This document shows, piece after piece, positions 1 to 12,488 of a stretch of DNA of 64,000 bases. The notes under the pieces are model-generated. The model saw only the letters and a list, made by a program, of their open reading frames with translations. It did not search any database and had not been told where the DNA came from. The stretch lies in contig NC_045698.1 of NCBI RefSeq assembly GCF_009834535.1, forward strand, positions 6,512,001 to 6,576,000, given 5' to 3'. Position 1 is the stretch's first letter. Each line of letters begins with the position of its first letter. This DNA comes from Camelus ferus. Lineage: Eukaryota. A program made the position numbers and the translations under genes.

Positions 1-3000
1 GATACAAACCATGGGCAAAACAATAGTTTAAAATAACACCCTAAAATTTTTCAAGACCAGTTTGCTGTGACTGCTGCAAAGACCGAGCTCTGCCTTGAAA
101 GCGCTCGGTTTTAGTTTCTTTTTTTAGCAGTAAACATGCTGATTAGAAATCTATACTATTTGTCATACAGACAGAGATACAGGAGTAGCTTCCAACATAC
201 AGAAATGGCCCATTGACTGTAAGGGCATGGTCCATACAAGGCACACGGCTCTGGGCTGGTACTCACATCGGGTCAGGCATCCAGGCAGCCCACGCAGCCC
301 CATTACACTCTCAATTGGTATCTTCACAGAGTTCCCCTTTAGGGGTGTAATTTTAATAGCGCTAAAATTTGAAATTTCCAAAGGCATACATAAATCCTAT
401 ACTTTTCATCAATTATGATTTTTATCTGACCCAATTATTGGGTCTTTGAGCTTCAGTGCCATCACTTGAGTCATCAGCAGATGGGTGGACCTCCTGGACT
501 GTGTGAGAGCTTACAGGTGAGTGTACTTACTACAGTATCACAGGTGGCAAGACTATGCTCTTCAATTATATGTTTATATGACACCGAAGCTTGTTAGAGA
601 GGAGTAAGATGATCAGAAATCGAGTTACAGGAAGAAGAGAAATGAAAGCCCAAGAGATAAGCAGAAAAGCTGAAAGGAACTCACATTCTGTTTGATGAGA
701 AGCTCTTTTTTTCATGACTATTGTATGGATTTATGCTTCACAAAAATATGGCTAATGGGTAAATGCCCTGATTATTGTCAGACGTCACTCTGTGTGTGGA
801 CCAAGTTAGTTGCCATTTGGAATAACATTTGGATTCAGCACTGAGTCACCTGTCATCCATACAACAATAATCCTGATACACTGAAGACAAGCAGATTCAT
901 TTGGAGGATAGAATGCCGTCATGCTTACATCTGTTGTTACAGTCCTAGGCACAGAAACACTTACACTTGTATCTACTTTGTGAACTATTATTATCATTAC
1001 ATTTATAGTTATCTACGCAAAATCCTCTAGACCTCAATATATTCTTTCATTTGGAATTCATAAAACTTTATAGCAGGGTTTTTTTAACCAAAGAAATATA
1101 CAAATCATCCATAAAATATTATCCCCAAAGTATAAACAAATAGAAATCAAATACTGCAGGGAAATAACTGAAAAGGTTAACTGTGATTATTTCTGAAATT
1201 GTGTTTTTTCTTTAAGCTTTACAGTGTTTTCTCCATTTCCTGAGATGAAAATGCCTGGGTCTCATCATTGAAAACACAAACATTATTGATTTTTAAAGAG
1301 ATGTGGGTAAAACACGAGATGAATATCAACGCTTTTAAGATAATATGAAAGATAATGTGCACCTTGGAAATGGTAAATTTAAGTAATTACCAGAACTTTC
1401 ATGAATTCAGATGCAACTACCTTCTGGTACTACATAACCACAAAGCACCTAAGTGTTTTGTTTTTTGGTTTTTGGTTTTTGTTTTTCCCCAGCAGGAGAG
1501 CTTTTTGCAAAAGCACAAAGAATTTTAAGTGAATTCAATTTCAGGACCATCAAGTATCACTGGTAGAAAGCGCAACCGCCCAATAAACGCCTTTGCCTAA
1601 TGCTAACCGTGAAGTAACAAGAAGACTACCATTGTATTTTTCCACTGCTCATATATTTAAACCATTACAGATTTCTGAAATAAACACCTGCTATCTAAAC
1701 TTCTTCTGCTAGGTTAAGCCCTCCCAAACAGGAATCTGAGGGCTGAGTTATTTTTAAAGTTTTGTAACTGGCTCACACTCCCTCTCAAACTTTCTGAGCC
1801 CAACCCCACCAAGCATCTTAGGTAAGACTGCTATGCTCTGCGCTCAGTGACACCTGCCTGAAATGCACAGGCATGAGGATGCCAAAGCCCACAGGCATCC
1901 ACACAGCTTCCCCACCACTGCGTGCTTACAGGATGACTGTCGTGTGACAATCCCTTTTCGTGGATTATTTCACAACAGCTGAATGGGGTAGCAATAATTA
2001 TATCCATCCTAAAGATGAGAAAACTAGACTCTGAAATGGGCTCAAGAATATGCAGTTAAACAAATCCATCTACCTCTTTCTTTTTTTCCCTTCTTTCTTT
2101 CATTTCCTTATTGAGTGTCTATGATGTACCACGTACTGTTCTAGAATAGAAAATATAGCCCATGCTCTTAGGGTTGCTTATCTGATATTCAAGTTTGCCT
2201 GCACATCTAGAGTTTTATGTGTTGTCTGACAATCTTACGGCTTCTGGTCATCATGCCATACTGCATGCGAGGTTGACTCAGTGGCTAGTCCAATCCCCCC
2301 ATGGCTGTGCTGGGACTGTGGTGAGATGAGATGGATGGAGACCTTGAGAACCTCTGGGATGGAGCCCTCCAGGGATGCTGGGATGCAGACCGTCAGGGAT
2401 AGGTGTCACCTGGCAACAATTCTCAGGTGCTGTCTGCAGCCAGAATAGGACCATGGAGCTGTCTCTTCTAAATCTCAGTTTTCTCAGTGGCTTCTCACAT
2501 CCTCATTAGGAGAACCTACGTTATTGACCAAAAGACCACCCCCTACAGAGTGTAGGCGTGTGTGAGATGCTGCCTTGTCCCTGTGGCATCAAGGACCTCC
2601 AGAAACAATGAAGAGTCTTTTGAGTCAAGCTCACAGGAAAACTTTTCCCAAAGTTCTTTAGGGCTGAATGAGAGACGCAAGACTCTGCTACATCAGCTGA
2701 GATCATATTTGTACCTGCTACCCCAGCAGGGGGTCCCTCCTTCCCCTAAGTGTCCTACCAAATGCAGAGGGGCACATACACAAATCAAACTCTGGCAATA
2801 CATACGGTGAATCAACAGGTATCTTTGAGCTTCCACCTAGAGGAGAAACTGTGCTACATTTTAGAGAAACAAAGAGAAGACAGACACATCCTCTGCCACC
2901 TGGTAAGTCACTATCTGATAGTGGGGAAGGGGATGGTGAAGGTGACGGGAAATAACTGCAGCAAGTGCAGTAGTAAAGGTAGGTGACAGGGGTGCCGACA

Positions 3001-4222
3001 GGACCCTGCAGAGCTCACAGCCAGTGAAGGGCCCTTGAGCCAGGTCCTTACAATGAGTTCACCAAGTAGGTAACTTGGGATGGGGCTGCGTGGGTGGGAA
3101 GGTAATAAATTCTAGGAAAGCAAAAAAAGGTAACCAAATCCTAGAGGCAAGAAACAGGACATTTTACAGTTGTGGACAACACAAATAATTCCATAGGCCT
3201 GGACTAGGTGAGGATGAAAAAGATGTGTGTCTCCATGGGAGGTGGGACCCTAAGCCAGAGGGTCTGATGGGCTACATCAAAGAGCTGGCACATATCCAGG
3301 GGAGCTACTGAGGTGGCATTTTTAAAAGAGGATGTTGGCTAGGGTATGCAGAAGGAGGAAAAAATCTGGGGGCCGAGAGACCAGTTAAAATGCCCTGCAA
3401 TAAACAACCCAGGCTCCGAGTGATGGAATTTGACGGAAGTCAGCATCAGAAATCCCCCACGTGGTGCCCAACGGGCTGAAGTAAGCAAAAGTCCACAAAT
3501 ACGCCCACCGCACCCTCGCTGTGCACTCAGACACATCAGAGAGAAACAAGCAACATGTTAAGTGCCAGCCAACTTCTGTCTATTCATTTAAAGTTACCAC
3601 CTTACATCTCACGTCTTCAAGGGCTGGGTGGATGGACAAGATCTTCTTAAGATCTGAGAGTAAAAGCTGTGATTCTAGAAACTGTACAATGTCTGGGCAG
3701 AGTGTCTAGAGCCTAAGCCAGATCTAGCTTCACTCAGGTCTGTGTGGGAATTGCACCACCTCTCCTGCACTGAAAGGTATGTTTCATGATCTAGTGAAAT
3801 TGGCCATGAAAGATACACGTGCTCCTCTGTCCAAAGTGCTTTCCTTGAAAGCCAGAAGAGTCCGAACTACAAAGGGCCTCTTCAAGTTATTGTATCACTT
3901 TTCCTAAGAGATGAATATGAAATTTTTTTATGTATCCTCCACAGAACACACTGGCAGGACAGGTGACTGGAAGGCAGAGAGGATGCATGTTTTCTAAGGA
4001 AGTGATTCTAAATATGAGGGACACGGCACAAGATCTGTCCTGATTGGGTTCCAGTGGCCTCATGTCAAGCTGGAACGTCAGATGTTGACCTGGACACAGG
4101 AGCTCATTCTCCTTAAGAGAAATAACAACTTCCCTGGATTCTCAATTGACCAGTAAATGGCTTGGTGGACGTTGGAACGGACAGCAAGGTCTCTTGATCT
4201 CTAGAATTGTGCTAAAAAATGC

Positions 4223-4470
4223 AGTAAGAAGGTAAGAATATGGTTTCTGGAGTCAAACTGTCTGGGTCTGAAACCTGGGTCCATCTTTTATTAGATATAA
4301 AAAATGTGTCCCAGAGCAGCATATTTATCCACTCTCTGCCTCAATTTCCTCATCTCTAAAATAGGGATGGTGACAATACCTACCTCTCAGGTTGCACAGG
4401 AGGAAAAATAAAATGAATTCATTCATGTTAGACCAGCTCCTGGCACACTGGGAGAGCCAAGAAACATCTG
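4223..4470 (+). mobile_element. MIR SINE
   Basis: Core 'ctctctgcctcaatttcctcatctctaaaatagggat' plus tRNA-like head 'tctggagtcaaactgtctgggtctgaaacc'. Confidence 0.8.
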
Positions 4471-4653
4471 CTGTAAAGAGCAAAAGTCATCCTGCTTGTA
4501 GTTGAATACTTCATGACACGCATATGGAATTTCATTCTCAGAAGACATATCACTTAGCACTCGTCACCTACAGCAGAGAAGCTCACGTGTAACTGCACAC
4601 ATGTAAAATGAAGTCTGAAAATATCTGCGGTGGCAAAACGTAAGATCTCTCAC

Positions 4654-4753
4654 CTTGCTCCTACAACAAGTTCTTTCTGTCCTGGGTCAAATGTTAACTG
4701 CGAGAAATCCACAGCATTCTTCGCTCTGAACTCCCGTAACCAGGGGCCAATTT
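4654..4753 (-). CDS. SEMA5A: Semaphorin-5A, second coding exon (100 nt, start of Sema domain)
   Basis: Acceptor TTTTTTCCTGTTTAG|AAATTG and donor CAAG|GTGAGA. Translates (E)IGPWLREFRAKNAVDFSQLTFDPGQKELVVGA(R), the remembered SEMA5A sequence; frame is continuous with the upstream exon. Confidence 0.97.
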
Positions 4754-7700
4754 CTAAACAGGAAAAAAATAAATAAATAAGAAGATAAAAATGAATGATT
4801 CTTTTCCTCTGGGGACTGCAGAGAATTCACATCAGGTAGCAAACATTCCATTTCAGGGAGGATTTGAAGGTCCCATGATGTGATCATTTAGGGGCCCCTG
4901 GAGGTTTCCATCAAGGTGTCACATAATCCACACTGAGAATGTGTAAAATGTAGAGGGCTAGCCACCCAATAAAAAAGGGAGCAAAGCTTCAGTGCTTGGT
5001 TGTGATTTACAGGCCAGATGTGCATTTTCCTTTTGGCCCTGGACTGGCCAGAAAATAACACAGCATTCACATGATTCATCAGAGGAGCACTGAAGGCAAA
5101 CAAGACCATTTCCTGTGCGACTTGACTGAAAAGAGCTGAAGACTTGGAAAAATCACAAAAGCCCTCCTTTGGAGCGAGAACCAGCACGGGAGCACCACTT
5201 GCCTTCTTTCAAAGTGGACGCTCCATTTCCCTGCCCTTTGGGTTTCTATTTTGGCCCCAGGATTAGACCTGTTAAACGTTCAGTCCTTTCTAGATGAGAA
5301 GGCCACGTTACTTCTAGACTTTATTTGCATTTTTTTTTTTCAGGAGGGAAATCAGGAAATAGCCACTCTTTAGAGACAGGTTTTTTACAAGCACTGTTAA
5401 CTCCTATGAAATGACCCTCAGCTTGGGTCCGATTATTACAACATGACAGCATTTGAAGAGGGACAGGCCCCTGCTTTATGAGCCATTTTTGCAACTTTCA
5501 TTGGCTCATTTCTGACACTGAAAAATCTTCAGGGACTTGCCTGCCAGTCGTGCTGAAACTTATCATTATCCTTGACAATTAACCATGTGACCTGCCTGTC
5601 TTCTTCCATGCATTTGATAATTCTGAGTGACATCACTAAACAGGCACATATGACAACTGTCAAATCTGGTTACTGGTGTGAGGAAAAAATGTGTCGCACA
5701 GAAATAATCTCTTTCAACAAAAACAGATGCTAAAAACAGATCTAACATGGAAATATGCCCATATTCTATAACATATCCTACAGAAAGGCCTTGGTGATGT
5801 GAATGGATGGGGTGGATCATATGTAAGCAGTAACTTTGCATAACAACCATGGTGTTTCTCTACTATCAGGTACTGGGGAGAAATGACATGAACTGGAAGA
5901 TGGATTCTGCTTAAAGGAAATCAGAGTTGACCTACATAGACATCTGCATTTGGTTTTTGAAATTTTAGGGTGTATGGTATATTGATTCTTTTTAATATTT
6001 TACTTAAAGTTCTTCACGTTACAGGCAAGTCCATTTTAAAAAATACTTATTTATAGCAAAATAAGTACAAGACCCTGGAGCTATAAAAAGCTGTTGATAT
6101 ATCATCTGTCCTAAGAGTTTATAATTCATTTAGGGAACTAGTACTAATGCCGTCTTTAAACATGGCAGCCACAGATGCAAGATCTTTACAGGTGTTTGTA
6201 GAGTTATAGGAAGTATTCATACAGAGAAAGAAGAGATGACTGGGGCTCAGGTAAGACCACAGGAGGGATCTGACCAGAGATGCACAGGACAGTTGTGTCC
6301 CAGGGAGATCATAGCACCCCCTACGGCCCTAATCAGTATTGCTCATCTTCACTCCCATGGAGCCTCTGATCAGTTTCTCTGTTCCTGGGAGACAGAACCC
6401 TAAGGCTCTGACATCTGCCTGGCTCACCGTGGTGCCTGCAACAGAGGGTCTAGTGCCTAAAATGTGAGGCAATAGTTTATGTGTCAAATGAAAGAGTAAG
6501 AAATGAGCAAGCGAACTCAACAGGAGGAAAATTTAAAAAAGGGAAGAAAAGAGGAAAAAAGAAAGGAGAAAGGAAAAGCAATGGCAACTCAAGAAACCAC
6601 TGGGAAAGGTGTAATTAAGTATAACTGTAAAAGAATTTACTTACAGGTTAAAAAGTCTGGACTTGACCTCATCTGTGATCACAAGGCTCTGAAAAATTTT
6701 CCAGCAAGCACTGGACACGATAAAGCAAGCATCCTAGGGATATGAAAGGGCTGTTGACATCTGGGAAGGAGTTAGGAATGGAGGCAAGGATATTAGATTC
6801 AAAAACTAAAAAATATGCAATTTAGGCAGTGGCTCTAAAAATGCAGAGACTACACAATGGGAAAGTCTAGTTGGTCTGATCACTAATCGGAGAAGAGACC
6901 AAAGGGAACAAGTGAAAGAAAACACAGATTTTGAGATTCAAGGAAGAGGAGAACAATGATGACCGAGACACAGATGTCAGGGCACGGCTGGTCTTAGAGG
7001 GATATAATGGGTTCAGGTGCCACCATGGAGAATGTTACCTATGAAAAACTCCCAGTGACGTTTTGACGCCAGAGTCAGTCATTGCTAAGCATCCCTAAGA
7101 CCTAGAAGAGTCCCTAGGGTGGTTTTAGTTCAAGATGCTCACCCTGCAGTTAGGAAACCCAGGACCAGGGAGCCCTGCCAGGGCTGGAGTCCTGAGTGCA
7201 CGTCCAGGGCTCCACACCCCAAAACCCACAGCTTCCAGAGCCGGGCCCACGTGTCCTATTCAAGTCATTGCTGTGGGGGAGCTGGTGTGAAGGCAGAACA
7301 GAGGGCCAAGGGCTGACCTTCCTGTTCCAGACACGGAAGCATGAGCCACACAAGGGGAGAGAAGACTGAAAAGACGGGAGAAGAAAATCAGTTAACGCAT
7401 TTCCCGTGTGTTCATCTTTCTTTTCATTGAGAAGAATCGGGAGAGAGAAAGCAAAGGATGACGAGGCATATTTCAGGTTTTGGTTCCTACACTGAGCAAC
7501 AGGGAAGTGGTTCCACTACTTCCTAAAGCACCCTCGAGTGATAAAAGGAGCCAAGTATAGAGGGAAAATGAGTGAACATCATATAATTCTGTCAATATTG
7601 TTCAATTTTCCTAATTTAAATTTCTAACGAGCTTCCCCATTAAAACTAGATATTTTTATGGTTAACACCAGATCAAAGCTGGACAATCTGCAGGTGCTCT

Positions 7701-8159
7701 TCTTTTGGGATTTCCCTGTGTGTTCCTCGAGAGGACGGGGATACCTCAACCCTGGGTAACACACAGCCCTCTGTCTTCCAGGATACCATCAGGGCCGTGA
7801 TGGAAAGTCCTGCCCCACCCCATCTCCCTAGCTAGAGAGATGTCTGCATCATTACCTGTCCTTTCAATTCCGCCGTAAGATCAGAATCATGCTGTTCAGC
7901 CTCTTTTTATGACCAGTCCCTACAACTTTGCTTTCAATCCCGTTTCTTCCTTCCTCTCCAATCCCTTCCCTAAATTGCCTCTTTTTTCCTCTAACGTCTC
8001 CAGTGTTACCAAGTCCCTTCCCTTCTGTGTAAAAGGATCTGCACACTCCTCCATTTAAGAAAAAAAAACCTTTTAAAACACATTTTCATTACACTCTTTT
8101 GTCATTACAGTTTCAAACAAGCAAACAACATACATAATAAACTCCCATGTGTAGTCCAT

Positions 8160-8415
8160 CAGAAAGAGCTGTAGGCTCGGTTTTACATGTAAGTTTTACC
8201 AACTCCTTAAGGAACACAGGATCCCAATTTTACGCAGATCATGTCAGAGATTAAACAAAGAGGTAAAGCTTCTCTCTGCGGTTTCGAGGCTACTGTGACC
8301 TTGATAGTCTTGATACTAAGGCTGGACAGGACGTTTTGAAGAAACGAAGATCACGGGCAATCCTCATTTAAGAACAGGGCTGCGCACATTCCTAAGGAAA
8401 TACCTTCATCAGCGT
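8160..8415 (+). mobile_element. Old L1 ORF2 (RT N-terminal region) fragment
   Basis: Translates GFTCKFYQLLKEHRIPILRRSCQRLNKE, resembling L1 ORF2 GFTGEFYQTFKEELIPILLKLFQKIEKE; frameshifted downstream. Confidence 0.7.
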
Positions 8416-8727
8416 GTCACACACAGAGATACACGCGCACGGGCACACACACGCACACTGTCTCAGACGGGATGTGCTTTACCGCAGGGACAGGAGGACA
8501 GCTTAATAGCCATAACATCAGAAAATCTACCAGTAGAATTCGCCGCCCCAATAACTGGTTTCCACAGTGGCGTGAAGAATTTATCGTGCTGCTTTCTAAG
8601 GAATCAGAAAATGAACAGTTAAGGATGCACAGGAAAAGCCAGGGGAGAACAGAGTCAAGGGAGGCAGGAGAGGAGCGAGCAACAGGACAGGTGTGGTGAA
8701 CGAGCTCACCAGATGCCAAGAAAGATC

Positions 8728-8960
8728 GGGGGTGGGAACGGAGAAATTTGGGAGTTTGAGATTTGCAAATGTTAGCCACTATATATAAAAATAGATTTAA
8801 AAAAATTTCTTCTGTATAGCAAGGGAACGACATTCAATATCTTGTAATAACCTTTAATGAAAAAGAATATAGAAATGAATATATGTGCGTATTTGTATGA
8901 CTGGGACACTGCTTTAGACCAGAAATTGACTCATTATAACTGAATGTACTTCAATAAAAA
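8728..8960 (+). mobile_element. 5'-truncated lineage-specific L1 3' end
   Basis: 'gggagtttgagatttgca...cttctgtatagcaagggaac...acttcaataaaaa'; homologous to the copies at 16.4, 24.3 and 36.6 kb. Confidence 0.85.
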
Positions 8961-10204
8961 CAAGGCAGGGCGATGGAAGAGAGCAGGGAGGGGCAGAGCA
9001 TGTGGGGAGCGGGGGAGATCCAATTTTCACTAACACTGGTTTTCTTAATATGTGCTCATTTCCCCCCAAAATAATGAGTTTACGCTTTCCCCATCCCTCC
9101 CTTCTGATCTTGCAAGAAGAACAATGTGATGAAATGGAACTTAAAAATGGCAGCCAGTATGGCCACTGTTTGAAAGTTAAGTGGTAAGATAAAATCTATA
9201 AATCCAAATTGAATATTTTGTCGATAATTTTTAATATTTGATGTTAATCATCCTAGCTAATCCATTCATTACACAAACATGATTGTTGAAACTTGGCCTC
9301 TGGCAATGATTTTCTATTGCAACATTAGCTTTGATGACTCATATTTGCCTTCTCTTATTACTACACAAGCACCCACATGATCAACTTATAAACAGGCTAT
9401 CAAAAAAGTGTACTGATTCAATTTTTTAAAGAACTCAGTGTTACAGCTTCAAGAAAAAGTCACTTCCATGAATATGTATCAGTACGACTAAATCTGATCT
9501 AAATAATTGACATATAACAATTAGAGACCAGTTTAACAGATTCAAGTTAGTCTTCTCTACCCCCAAAAAAATAAAGAAAAGAAAAAGAAAAAGGAGTAAA
9601 AGTTACCACTAAATAAAAGCAGAAACTCCGAAATTGTCCAAGTTAATAATGGCGTAAGTTAAGAAAATGTTTTGGAGTTTGAGAAGTAAGAGTCACAGAA
9701 GCTTCTGCTGTTGAACAACAGCACTTGTCAGAAAACTGACACTCGTTCCAAAGACCAGAAGGATGGCTCCTCCGTGGGCAGATGCCTGCAGCGCTGACTG
9801 TGTGGAGACCAAACTGCCTCGCGGGGTCACTCGCTGAGCAGTGAGACCCCCCCAGGCTGCAGGAGGGTGACTCTGGGTAGCCTGACTTTCAACCTTCACT
9901 CCTTCAAACCACAGTCCACGAAGGAGCAGACAAAGCAGGACTGTGAAACTTCTTTGCGGAACTTGAAACCCATATTGGAAACTGAGTCAGGAGCGAAACT
10001 GGGCGGGGATGGGGGGATGGAGTGTAAAGATTGTTGAAAAGGCACCAGAGTGCAGGGAGCAACATAAATATATAGAAATAAACGTGCAAATCAAGACCTG
10101 CTCTTTCTAATTCCCATGAAGTTATATTTTGGTTTAATCTACATCTAACACTGCATAACATGCAGTAGTAATAATGCTAATAGAATGCTTACTGGTAAAA
10201 CAGC

Positions 10205-10400
10205 TAACAAAAATAGCTCATGTTTAAATCGTATATGCCCCATGCTAGGAACTATTCTATGTACTTCACAGGGGACAAGTCCTGTACTTCTCACCCCCTC
10301 CCTACTGCAGGTGAGGAAACTGAGACTCGCCGACGTGGGCAGGAGTGAGACTCAGCTCCCACTTCTGGAGCTGGTGTTTCCAGCCGCTGCACTACGTGTG
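10205..10400 (-). mobile_element. MIR SINE
   Basis: Core 'gcaggtgaggaaactgagactc'. Confidence 0.65.
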
Positions 10401-11089
10401 CAACCGGCAGCGCAGCTGAAATGTAGCCTCGTAAGTGACCCACCCGCAAAGTGACGGGAAGAAAGAAACATCAACGACCTCTGCATTTTGGAAATGAGTT
10501 TATTCCCACTGATATATACTGTTATGTAAAAATCGCCACCCATTCCGTTTAATAAATAATGCATTTATTGTTTTCACTGATGTCATTATTCATAACAATG
10601 ATCTACATGCCACAGGAAAAAGCACGCACCATTTTCACTACGTTTCGTGATCCAAGGGTCCTGATGTAAGTAAAGGGCAAGAAAATGTCAATAAGCACTG
10701 ATCTGCTTTACTGGATGAAGAACGTTCTGGAATGAGGAGGCAGGGAGGATGCAAGCAGAGCGCCAAGGCTGGATTTCTCAGAAGACTAAGCCTCTAAGCC
10801 CCGAAGTAGCAGGTTGGCAGCACCCCGATGCCAGGTTTCACTCCCAAAATTAGATACACCCAGGCTGTCAGCTACCTGGAATTCTTTAAGTGATTATAAC
10901 AGATTTCAGCCCCAAAGCCTGTGTTTGTTGACAGGTCGACACAAAACATGTCATCAACGGGGAGGAAATACACAAATTCACAAAGATGTATGCTTGTGAA
11001 AAAAATATATAGCAGAATAACTGATGTCTCTTATTTGCATTTTTTAAAACTATTTATATTTTCGGTGTTTACTTGGTTTCAGGAACTAT

Positions 11090-11280
11090 ATTAGATTATT
11101 TTACATGTTAGCAACTTATTTCATTTAATGTTCACAATCTATGAGGCTAGAGTAATAATCTTTGTTGTAGAAATAAAAATTAAAAAAAAAAAAACCCTGA
11201 GATTTTGGACACGTTAAACATCTTGCCAAATGCAACAAAGTGGTAAGTGGCTAATTGGAATTTAAACCCAGGATAGGATT
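11090..11280 (-). mobile_element. MIR SINE
   Basis: 'tcatttaatgttcacaatctatgagg...ttaaacatcttgccaa...ggaatttaaacccagg'. Confidence 0.6.
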
Positions 11281-12089
11281 AAGGCAACATTTCCATAAAT
11301 TCTGAATTAAAAATCAATTTTCCAAGGAATGTATAAAGTACATCAATCCTTAGCACCTAGTAATAGCTCAGCATGGATTAATTCAGTGGAGACGGTGGTC
11401 GCAACCCACCAAAAGGGAGGAAAATTGGAAAGGAGGGAACTGGTGGGAGTTTTCCGGTGGGGACAGGAATGCCCCTGCCCAGCTTGCCGACTGCGCAGGG
11501 CACAACATGAAGAAAGAAAGTACCAGAAGAAAATAGAAACAAACCAGGGCCACCCCAGGCAACAAGTCATCTGGAGGAAGAAGACCCCAACAGGGGAAAG
11601 TAGGTCTCCATCATTTCTTTCCAAGACAGGTCCTGGTTACATGAGCTAATTTAGAAATATGCAAATAACGCTATGCCCGACTTTAGCTTTGTAGAAAGCC
11701 TGGAAAATATCAGGCCAAATTTCTTTCTCCAAATGTATAGGCCTCAGTTATTTTAATAACTCCTGCCTGGAACTTAGTAGAATGAAAGCAGTCCCAGCAG
11801 GACAGGATCTTGATTAATCAGCAATCCACCCCCTGCCTTATTTTAGAGCTGAGAAAACTCAAGACAAAGAAGTTACACGACCCCAGAGTCACAGGCCAAT
11901 GAGTGGCAAATTGGAAAACCCCAAGTCCTGGGACTTCTTCTCCAATTTTTCTTCCCATCCCCAAACGAGGAGGATACCCGAATGGGAAAGACCATGGACT
12001 GGTGTCTGTCAGACTCATCTGAGCACATAAGACTTGGCAAATTGTAGTATTTTAAGGGATTAAAACATCTAGATCTAGATTTAGATGTC

Positions 12090-12320
12090 AATATATGGAA
12101 ATATATATAGTAGATTCATGTGTAGGTGTATATACATGTTTATTCACACATATATACACACATAGATGTATAAATAGGCATATATAGAATATATTTATAC
12201 TTATTTATGTCTAGATATAGGCGTCAATGTGTAATTCATATTACATATGTGTGTACACACATGTATTTGCATAAGTATACATGGTGAGAGAGAGAGATAT
12301 ATACACATATATGTTACACA
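12090..12320. repeat. Low-complexity (TA/CA/TG)-rich decayed microsatellite
   Basis: Alternating purine-pyrimidine runs such as 'atatatatag', 'cacacatatatacaca', 'gtgtgtacacac'. Confidence 0.7.
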
Positions 12321-12372
12321 CTGAAGACTACAGTAAAGAGGAAAATAATCATCTCAAAAGCTTGCTACAGGA

Positions 12373-12488
12373 GGTAATTAGGATTGATTTGTTTGTTTGT
12401 TTAATTTTTAGAGGAGGTGCTAGGGATTGAACCCAGGACCTCGTGCATGCTAAGCATGCGCTCTACCACTTGATCTATACCCTCCCCC
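12373..12488 (-). mobile_element. tRNA-derived SINE (camelid Vic-1-like), full head, no poly-A tail
   Basis: Minus strand reads GGGGGAGGGTATAGATCAAGTGGTAGAGCGCATGCTTAGCATGCACGAGGTCCTGGGTTCAATCCC (A and B boxes). TSD aaaa[g/a]cttgctacagga at 12356-12372 and 12490-12506. Confidence 0.9.

Noticed and set aside
267..336. Possible 70-nt minus-strand exon (donor GAT|GTGAGT) downstream of the second coding exon
   Set aside because: The acceptor lacks a pyrimidine tract (aattacacccctaaag), the peptide does not match the SEMA5A continuation (NYLFRLQL...), and it hits a stop in the SEMA5A frame; at most a cryptic site
12067..12080. 14-bp perfect palindrome atctagatctagat
   Set aside because: Short tandem unit at the edge of low-complexity DNA; unremarkable in 64 kb
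12410..12488. tRNA gene-like sequence with A and B boxes
   Set aside because: It is the head of a SINE: flanked by a TSD, with a diverged relative at 63.2 kb
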